Origin: Verrucomicrobiota bacterium
GTDB taxonomy: Bacteria; Verrucomicrobiota; Verrucomicrobiia; Limisphaerales; AAA164-E04
Direction of reading: 5' to 3'
Length of the DNA stretch: 64,000 bases
Assembly (NCBI GenBank): GCA_047947115.1
Contig: CP170459.1
Span: forward strand, 2,784,001-2,848,000
Position numbers and translations under genes: made by a program. The first letter of the stretch is position 1. Each line of letters starts with the position of its first letter. A model generated the notes under the pieces. The model did no database searches, was not told where the DNA came from, and saw nothing but the letters and a program-made list of their open reading frames with translations. This document shows positions 30,901-37,399 of this stretch, one piece after another.

Positions 30901-31628
30901 ACCTGGCCTACAGCGAAGCTTCCCTGGACACGCTCTTGGGCAACCGCAAGGGACTGTCAAAAGTGGTTCAAGCAAACACGTTTTCCAGCATGGCTTTTAT
31001 CAATCGTGGTGACAAAGGGTTTGAACCCGTCGAACTTCCCGAGACAATGCAGTGGGGGGCTGTGACCGAATTATCGGTTGGAGACATCAATGGTGATGGC
31101 GCGCCCGACATAGCCTACGTGCAGAATCAACTTTGGACCCGACCTGGATTCGGTACTTTGTTTGATCCTCGAGCGGGAGTACTGCTTGGGCAGGGGACGG
31201 GCGGTCTGGTTCGGGCAAATCCAGTTTCTTTGGGTGTGGACATAATGGCTTCCGTGGATGGTCTGCGTATTGCCGATGTTACTTTGGATGGTCGTCACGA
31301 TTTAATGGTTAAGCGTCGGGAAGGTGCGTGGGAACTGCATGCCAATCATCGAGGAAAGCCAGGGCTGAAAGTGATCGTGAACGGTCCTGCGCACAACCCC
31401 GGAGCACTGGGTGCGCAAATTCGAACCTTCGACGCATCCGGGAACATGAGCGCCTGTCATGAGATGCGCGAAGACACCAGCATGCCATTCAAACAGGGAC
31501 GTCAGTTGCTAATTCACTCGACCCATCAACCCAGCGGCGTTTTGATCCGCTGGCCCGGGGGTGAGGAGCGGCGCTATGATCTGGCTCCGGGCGCTTTGGA
31601 ATTTAAAATAGTGAATGGTGAATGGTGA
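27960..31628 (+). CDS. Large VCBS/FG-GAP repeat protein with an internal ASPIC/UnbV domain
   Basis: Many DxDGDG repeats, NTQAIGARV..GGRYVS..WRDG ASPIC-like segment, second propeller; C-terminal EFKIVNGEW is array-encoded. Confidence 0.88.
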   Translation: MKRHLLSNLGNFQLNALFSAFALVVILPVKAQTLGVSSKKLEVPTGGETGFERVDPEPSGITFINTLGELTGASNRVLFNGAGVAVGDVDGDSMPDIFFCGLDSENHLYRNLGNWKFQRMRIPSTVALPGHPTRGAVFADINADGSPDLLLTTVGGGCRVFLNHGEGNFKPVAGNAGIRPEGGASSIALADVDGNGSLDLYVANNRTDDIRDYGRVNMRRVNGKIVPPDDLKDRLLVHKGQLHEYGEPDYLYLNDGKGSFTEASWKDGRFRMEGKPLTDIPRDWGLSVTFRDLNGDLAPDLYVCNDYWTPDRIWINDGKGGFDELGAQKLSVTSSSSMGVDVADVNLDGHLDLFVVDMLSRHHRLRKRQQPAFNPLFEEPSFSGVRTQVMHNTLLMQQADGSFIENAFAAGLPASDWAWCPVFLDVDLDGDADLLVSSGYPHDVQDLDAVQEIAKRQHSWERFKDPVALKKAFAKELMENYRLYPKLDMPLIAFENQGNGTFREATQTWGTHHPGVHQGFATGDLDGDGDQDLVVNNLNAPVLLYRNQTAAPRVKVHLTGAGSNTQAIGARVVLQSATMPDQQQEIIAGGRYVSGGDVALTFAVPARGSHWQMQVHWRDGSLTTLPGIQVNHAYDIRQSEVVTQKPIDDTDPVEPMFKYVGDPGSEIFVPGMLPDPMMRQPLLPLQAKPRGGASAFSDIDQDGEPEWMTGSERGVPLKQMEWTADMVWKEMGQSAPSPATVTGLLEIQKGKWLVSYDAKPAAGEGTLHVRDGIQKGFASVGQSPDATTTLAMGPLNGRGALSVFAGGGAKSGHYPQAHASMLYDVSGSTLQRDTKNGVLLESLGLVHDAVWSDLNQDGYPELIVASAWSPIRVFENRRGSLFDVTEAWGFGEQRGYWLSVTTVDLDGDGMLDVVAGNLGHNSSWTATQKQPFKLIYGTFSNPNVTDLIETVYHSDGTLAPLRLIGEIGNFLPFFYQQIRDHLAYSEASLDTLLGNRKGLSKVVQANTFSSMAFINRGDKGFEPVELPETMQWGAVTELSVGDINGDGAPDIAYVQNQLWTRPGFGTLFDPRAGVLLGQGTGGLVRANPVSLGVDIMASVDGLRIADVTLDGRHDLMVKRREGAWELHANHRGKPGLKVIVNGPAHNPGALGAQIRTFDASGNMSACHEMREDTSMPFKQGRQLLIHSTHQPSGVLIRWPGGEERRYDLAPGALEFKIVNGEW

Positions 31629-31640
31629 ATGGTGAATTGT
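31599..31640 (+). repeat. Heptamer tandem array, site B left
   Basis: gaattta aaatagt gaatggt gaatggt gaatggt gaattgt; includes the stop codon of 27960-31628. Confidence 0.95.
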
Positions 31641-31831
31641 CCCCGGTCCGCACCTTGTGGCTTTCTTGCTCAAAAATGCCATCCAAAGGAAACCCTGATG
31701 TGGAGTTATCGCGCAAGCCATATCGACGGGCTTTGAAGCAACTGGCTTTCGAGAACCACAGGCTTCCCAAAACGGAAGTTGATGGTGAATTGTAAGCTAC
31801 AAGGGACGCGCCGGGGACGGCACGAACTACC
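31639..31831 (+). mobile_element. REPIN/MITE-like element, copy 2 (left REP truncated at the heptamer array)
   Basis: Begins GTCCCCGGTCCG without the GGTAG head; ends GCGCCGGGGACGGCACGAACTACC. Confidence 0.8.
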
Positions 31832-31845
31832 CAGAGAGTACTGCA

Positions 31846-32051
31846 GGTAGAGCTGACCGTCCCGGTCCGCACCTTGTGGCTTTCCTGTTCAAATATGCCA
31901 TCCAAAGGAAACCCTGATGTGGAGTTCTCGCGCAAGCCATATCGACGTGCTTCGAAATTGGCAGGTTATCGAGAATCGTAGGCTTCCCAAAACGGAAGTT
32001 GATTGCGAATTGGATGCCACATGGGACGCACCGGGGACGGCACGTTCTACC
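31846..32051 (+). mobile_element. REPIN/MITE-like element, copy 3 (206 bp, both ends present)
   Basis: GGTAGAGCTGACCGTCCCGGTCCG ... GCACCGGGGACGGCACGTTCTACC inverted ends. Confidence 0.8.
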
Positions 32052-32057
32052 TGCACC

Positions 32058-32072
32058 CACCATTCACCATTT
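32058..32072 (-). repeat. Heptamer array, site B right (2 units)
   Basis: Minus strand aaatggt gaatggt g, overlapping the TAA of the CAP gene. Confidence 0.75.
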
Positions 32073-33048
32073 AAAACGGGTTTTTCTCCGGGTCGGTTTC
32101 TCGGATCAGGTCGATTTTGAAGTATTTGGCAGGGATGCGATCGACAGGGAAGATCATGGGGGTTCCCATGTCAAAAATGGATTCCTGATTCCAGAACGGG
32201 AAATCAATCCAGACAGTGCTGTAAACCGCCCATTTCAAACTGGGATGCAAATTCCCATTCAATGGGTAGTCCAGTTGGAGCGAATGTGTTTCAGGAAGAT
32301 ACCGGGTCTGTAGTTTGGGCGCTATTGATTTGCTCAAGGGGTCGGTATTCAAGGCATACTCCAGTAGATTGCCGACTCCATCTGCATCGGGATCTCCGTT
32401 TTCCATTTGCGGGAGGGTCAATGTTGTAAACAACCACTCACTGACAGGACTCAAGGCGGCATCCTCGTCAGGCGGAGCGCTGAGGAAGGAGAAATAGTGA
32501 CTGCTCCAACCGTGTGGCCCTTGCGGATCGAAAGCATAACCCACCGCCACATAGGTTTGTTTCGCGAAAAAATCTTGCGTCCCCAAAACATGGGTGCGAT
32601 GGCCGGGAGATTCCATCCAGGCGTTGAATACAATATCCGCTGCCGCTTGACCGGATAATCCGTTCTGGTGTCGGGCTCCGATCGATTCGATGTTGTTTGC
32701 CGAACGTGCCTTGCTGTAGTTGTGCCCATATCCCGCCATGGAAATGGTGAAATTCATGCCAAATCCATCCGGATCCTGATGACTGAAATACTCACGCGCA
32801 GCCATGTCTTCGGCTTTTTTGCGAGCCGCAAAAAGCAATACCTCATTCCGCACAAACTCCGAGCGCAATTGCTCCTCATGCGCCTCGATCAAATCCAGCA
32901 TATAGGTTTCGGCTGGAAGCGGGTCCAGAGCATAAGCCATTGAAGCGACCAGAAACACTCCCGAGAAAATACCCCAATGAGCAAGACTCATTACGGGTGG
33001 AAGCTTCCGACAACGGACGAACGGAAACAGTGCATTGCAGGTTTTCAT
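32071..33048 (-). CDS. CAP (SCP-like) domain secreted protein with a C-terminal DxDGxxN..EY motif
   Basis: KAEDMAAREYFSHQDPDG, WMESPGHR and DPDADGVGNLLEYALNTDP motifs; AAGGAG SD before the ATG at 33048. Confidence 0.88.
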   Translation of the reverse strand: MKTCNALFPFVRCRKLPPVMSLAHWGIFSGVFLVASMAYALDPLPAETYMLDLIEAHEEQLRSEFVRNEVLLFAARKKAEDMAAREYFSHQDPDGFGMNFTISMAGYGHNYSKARSANNIESIGARHQNGLSGQAAADIVFNAWMESPGHRTHVLGTQDFFAKQTYVAVGYAFDPQGPHGWSSHYFSFLSAPPDEDAALSPVSEWLFTTLTLPQMENGDPDADGVGNLLEYALNTDPLSKSIAPKLQTRYLPETHSLQLDYPLNGNLHPSLKWAVYSTVWIDFPFWNQESIFDMGTPMIFPVDRIPAKYFKIDLIRETDPEKNPF

Positions 33049-33302
33049 GGAAATCTCCTTTGCTATTCGACTCACAGACTCTCCCACTTTCCGTAAATGA
33101 TTCAAACACATTTTCAGATGGAATCATCTGAGGAAAGGAGAAAGCACTCAGTATTCAATAAATCATCCTTGTTTGATCTTTTCAATGTATGGGGTTGGAG
33201 ATAATATCCGTGTGTCGCTGAGGTGGTTAATTATTTTGAAATTGTGCGAGAGCCCGTCAGACTTGCCGCTGCTAGGTTTTAAGAATGGGATATGGGGTCA
33301 AC

Positions 33303-34517
33303 ATGGATCACGCTACACATAATAAAATTGTCTCGTTTATTTGGTCGATCGCCGATGATTGCTTGAGAGACGGGTTCGTCCGAGGGAAATATCGGGATGT
33401 TATTCTGCCGATGTTTGTGCTGCGGCGGATTGATTGCCTGCTGGAGGACTCCAAGGAGGCTGTGCTGGCCGAGGTCAAGATTCAGAAAGAAGAGGCAGGG
33501 ATGGCGGTGCTGGATCCCAATGGATTGAGGGATGCCGCCGGTCAGGTTTTTTACATTACGTCTCCTTTCACCCTGAAATCATTGCTGGGGAATCCTTCCC
33601 AGCTTTACGAAAAACTCCGCAAAAATCTCGGCGAAAAGAACTGCGCATTCACTCCCGCTCACATCGAGCAGATCACACGCGCCTATCTCGACCTGGGCGA
33701 TACCGGAAAGGAAGCGGTCGATGGGCTCAAAGCCCGGGTTTTTGACAACCGTGACTTCGGTTGCTGGAAAATCACCGTCGAGCGCCCACTGCGCAAATCC
33801 ACACAATTCACCACCGAGCGCGTGGCGTCCCTTCGTTTTGACAAACGTCTGACCGAGGAAATGCAGTGGATCTACCAGCAATGGGAAGACCATGTCTATG
33901 CAACGGGATTCCTGAACGCACGGAAACAAAAGGACTCCCTCGACGATTGGTTGGAAAAGGAGGGCATCGACCGAAAAGCCGCCGACAAAAAGAGATTGCT
34001 GGATCGTAAATTCTGGGAAACCAAGCGCAGCATCCTTCAGGCCGCAGAACAACTCCACCAATCCATCGGCGTAAAGGTTTCGAACGACTTCAACCTGTTC
34101 CAAAAGGATGTCAAAGCGGCGCTCAAAAAGCTGAAGCTCAAATTGGGGGCAAGCGAACTCAAAGCCATCCTGGAAGCCGTCTCCTGGCGCGATCCGGATG
34201 CCGAGCCCATCCTTGCCAGTGGAAGCCGAATCGATGGTGCAAAGTATGAACCCGACAGCGAACTCCGTGACACCGAAAACGTGCCGCTCAACTACGAGGG
34301 AGGCATGGATACCTACTTTGCGAAGGAAGTGCTGCCGCATGTGCCGGATGCCTGGATCGACGAAAGCAAAACCGTGATTGGCTACGAAATTTCGTTCAAC
34401 AAATATTTTTACGTCCACCAACCCCTGCGTGACCTGGGTGAAGTCGTGCAGGAAATCCGGGAGTTGGAGAAAGGCACCGAAGGTGTGCTCGAATCCATCT
34501 TGGATTTTACCAATTAG
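33303..34517 (+). pseudogene. hsdM: Type I R-M methyltransferase subunit with a large in-frame internal deletion
   Basis: HsdM N-terminus (FIWSIADDCLRD..GKYRDVILPM..LRR) is joined at SQL (33597-33605) to the HsdM C-terminus (KLRKNLGEKN...LRDTENVP..EVLPHVPDAWID..GYEISFNKYFY); no SAM-binding or NPPY/F motif. Confidence 0.85.
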
Positions 34518-34523
34518 TCTCAT

Positions 34524-35579
34524 ATGGACCAGGAACTCCACATCATTCAAAGTGACGCAGGCCCTGTCGCCGACATTCGGCGAATGATTGAACAGACGCG
34601 GGAAGGTGTCGCCCGCATCGTCAATACCGGCATGACCCTTCTCTACTGGCGGATTGGTAAGCGCGTTCTGACGGAAGTTCTTGGAAATCAACGTGCCAAC
34701 TATGGCGGCGAAATTGTCGCTACACTGTCGAGACAATTGCAAAATGAATATGGCAGGGGGTTTTCCGAGAAAAACCTTCGAAGAATGGTTCAGTTTGCCG
34801 AAGTATTCCCGGCAGGGGAGATTGTCGCTACACTGTCGCGACAATTGGGATGGTCTCATTTTAAGGAGATCATTCCCCTCAAAAACGATCTCCAGCGTGA
34901 GTTTTACGCCGAAATGTGCCGAGTGGAGCGTTGGAGCGTCCGTACGCTGCGCGAGAAGATCAGTTCCATGCTTTTCGAACGCACCGCGATCTCGAAGAAG
35001 CCCGAAGAAGTGGCCAAAGCCGAACTGGCCAATCTACGCGCCGAAGACAAACTTACACCCGACCTTGTTTTTCGCGATCCCTATGTCCTCGACTTTCTCG
35101 GTCTCAAGGATCGATACATGGAGAAAGACCTGGAGGATGCCATCCTGCGTGAACTGGAGAAATTCCTCCTCGAACTTGGCACCGGATTCACCTTTCAGGC
35201 GCGACAATTCCGCATCTCCATCGACTCCGATGACTATCACCTGGATCTCCTTTTCTACCACCGGGCATTAAGGCGTTTGGTCGCCATAGAGCTCAAACTC
35301 GGTGACTTCAAGCCCGAGCACAAAGGCCAGATGGAACTCTACCTCCGCTGGCTGGCGAAACACGAGCAACAACCCGGCGAAGAACCGCCCCTCGGCCTCA
35401 TCCTTTGTGCCGGTAAGAAGAAAGAGCAGATCGAACTGCTCGAACTCGGCCAATCCGGCATCCACGTCGCCGAATACCTCACGGCCCTCCCATCCCGCGA
35501 ACTCCTCCGCCAAAAACTCCACACAGCCATCGAGACCTCCCGCGCCCGATTGGACAACCACCAAGGGGGTGAGGCATGA
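34524..35579 (+). CDS. YhcG/DUF1016 family PD-(D/E)XK nuclease
   Basis: LYWRIG, GFSEKNLRRM, DPYVLDFL, DLLFYH and AIELKLG.F.PEHKGQMELYL motifs. Confidence 0.95.
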   Translation: MDQELHIIQSDAGPVADIRRMIEQTREGVARIVNTGMTLLYWRIGKRVLTEVLGNQRANYGGEIVATLSRQLQNEYGRGFSEKNLRRMVQFAEVFPAGEIVATLSRQLGWSHFKEIIPLKNDLQREFYAEMCRVERWSVRTLREKISSMLFERTAISKKPEEVAKAELANLRAEDKLTPDLVFRDPYVLDFLGLKDRYMEKDLEDAILRELEKFLLELGTGFTFQARQFRISIDSDDYHLDLLFYHRALRRLVAIELKLGDFKPEHKGQMELYLRWLAKHEQQPGEEPPLGLILCAGKKKEQIELLELGQSGIHVAEYLTALPSRELLRQKLHTAIETSRARLDNHQGGEA

Positions 35580-35767
35580 CGACGTTCCCGAAATACGACC
35601 GCTACAAGGATTCCGGTGTCGAATGGCTCGGGGAGATTCGCAGAGGAAAGTCGATTATTAGAATAGTGTTGGACAAGCAAATTGACTGCAATATACGTAT
35701 TTTTACCGAATTCAACGACATTTTGTCACGATTGATGAAATTTCAGGAGTTGAAGGAATCGGCGTAG
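35576..35767 (+). pseudogene. hsdS: Truncated type I R-M specificity subunit (first ~21 codons only, then unrelated sequence)
   Basis: FPKYDRYKDSGVEWLGEI is the typical HsdS N-terminus; similarity stops at ~35638 and AT-rich sequence follows. Confidence 0.82.
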
Positions 35768-35822
35768 AACAGTTAAAAATGGTGAGAAATGCAAAATAAA
35801 TTGAGGGACACTTTGTTTTTTT

Positions 35823-37354
35823 GCCTCTTCTTCAGAATCTGTGGGTAAATTTAGGTTCGGGTAGTTCACCCATTGTGTGAAAAAGGGCTATTTTAAGCAC
35901 TTCAAAGCTACGATAGCCGTAGGCTTTTCTGGTAGTCAGATTTATTTTGCGGTTCAAACCCTCAACAACTCCCGACGAAATAGTCTTTTTGGCCCTGAAC
36001 CAATTCAGGATCAGCGGCTGATGTTTTCGTAGGCTGCTGGCAAATTTCTTGATGGGTTCCAGACGTGAGCGCATAGCTCTGGTGCACCACTTGTTCAAAT
36101 ACCACTCAGCCCAATATGGGCTAGTGTAATTCCAAAAGAACTCAAATGCTTCTTTGAGCAAAAATGCCCGAACACTTTTCAGATCATACTGGAGGACTTC
36201 CTCCAGCTTAATCTTTTGATTGGGCGTGAGGTTCTCACGACGTTTGAGAAAGCAGTATTTGGTGTGTTTAAGCACTTCCTGGTATCCGTCCTGACGCATC
36301 TTACGCGCTTCGACCGCCCTGACTTCATTGATTGCTTTGTTCAGATTGGCTACGATATGGAAGCGATCCAACACGTGGAGGGCGTGTTCGAGTTTTTCCT
36401 TAATCACATTGAGATAAGGTTTCCACATGTCCGAACAAACAAATTGAATGGACTCAAGTTGCTTTTGAGTGAGGATCTTAAAAAAATCCCGAAGGGATTG
36501 CTCGGTTCTCTCCTTGGTGACGCTTAACAATCGGCGCGTGCCTTGATCTATCTGGTAAACCACCGTCAGATACTTTTGCCCCTTTCCAAAATGCACCTCA
36601 TCAACTCCGATGGCATTAATATCGTCCAAACTCCTGTGCTTCAAGCCGTATTCAACAATGGAAGCAACGGACCGATACACCGATTGCCAACTGACTTCAA
36701 AGGTCTGGGCAACTTCTTTCCATGAAAGTTTCCGAGCCCACTGTGCAAGGAAGTGTTCCATGACACAGGTTATCCGGCTTTTTCCTTTGGCCCAAGGAAC
36801 CGATTCGATGACAACACCGTCATTGGGGCAGTTAACTCTTCGCATCCGGTATTCAAGAAACACCGGCCACCCCCATAAGGGGATGAATCGAAACTTTCGT
36901 TTTCCAGGACGATGGTCATAGGTGGAAGCACTACGATTGCACTTTGAACATACTGGGCGGCTGTTTTGCCGTGGTTCAACGCTTACGACAATAGCTTCGA
37001 CTCCTTCAACTTCCTGGAAGCATGCTTGGCGATAGACAAAGGATTTGAATTTATGGCAACGATTGAGCAAGGTTTTCAACAGCATCGGCAATCTTTGACG
37101 AGGTTTGTTTTGGCGACGCCATGTTGAGGAGATTGCCGATGCTTTTCGAATAAAAATCCTCTGGGTTTTTCTTGGAGAAAAACCACACCACCCGTAGGCC
37201 CTCTCGCGTCGTGGAAGTCCAGGAAAACATCATATAAGTGCCGAAGGCCGACTCCGCGTCAGCGGGGGAGTTATGCTGATGTTTTACTGGACTGGAACAG
37301 AGCGATAGGGCATCCCGACGTGCTCAATTTACCCACTCTTTTTTGAGAAGACCC
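35823..37354 (-). mobile_element. Complete ISL3-family insertion sequence (1532 bp) with 8-bp TSD GTTTTTTT
   Basis: Imperfect 29-bp TIRs GCCTCTTCTTCAGAATCTGTGGGTAAATT / GGGTCTTCTCAAAAAAGAGTGGGTAAATT; identical GTTTTTTT at 35815-35822 and 37355-37362. Confidence 0.93.
35832..37091 (-). CDS. ISL3 family transposase (ATG at 37085 is an alternative start)
   Basis: CSKC..RRVNCP zinc finger, IGVDE, CSDMWKPY, DRFHIV and VEGLNRKI...AYGYRS motifs. Confidence 0.96.
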   Translation of the reverse strand: MPMLLKTLLNRCHKFKSFVYRQACFQEVEGVEAIVVSVEPRQNSRPVCSKCNRSASTYDHRPGKRKFRFIPLWGWPVFLEYRMRRVNCPNDGVVIESVPWAKGKSRITCVMEHFLAQWARKLSWKEVAQTFEVSWQSVYRSVASIVEYGLKHRSLDDINAIGVDEVHFGKGQKYLTVVYQIDQGTRRLLSVTKERTEQSLRDFFKILTQKQLESIQFVCSDMWKPYLNVIKEKLEHALHVLDRFHIVANLNKAINEVRAVEARKMRQDGYQEVLKHTKYCFLKRRENLTPNQKIKLEEVLQYDLKSVRAFLLKEAFEFFWNYTSPYWAEWYLNKWCTRAMRSRLEPIKKFASSLRKHQPLILNWFRAKKTISSGVVEGLNRKINLTTRKAYGYRSFEVLKIALFHTMGELPEPKFTHRF

Positions 37355-37399
37355 GTTTTTTTCATCATCTCGTTGCCCTTCTTTCAATTTTATATTTCC

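Noticed and set aside
33579..34859. Long antisense ORFs (33579-34859, 15706-16731, 56029-57333, 58064-59365, 8481-9308 and similar)
   Set aside because: These are shadow frames opposite well-supported genes and carry no recognisable motifs.
37343..37399. ORF-track start at 37343 for the M6-like gene
   Set aside because: It begins inside the ISL3 terminal repeat and TSD; ATG 37400 or 37448 is more plausible.
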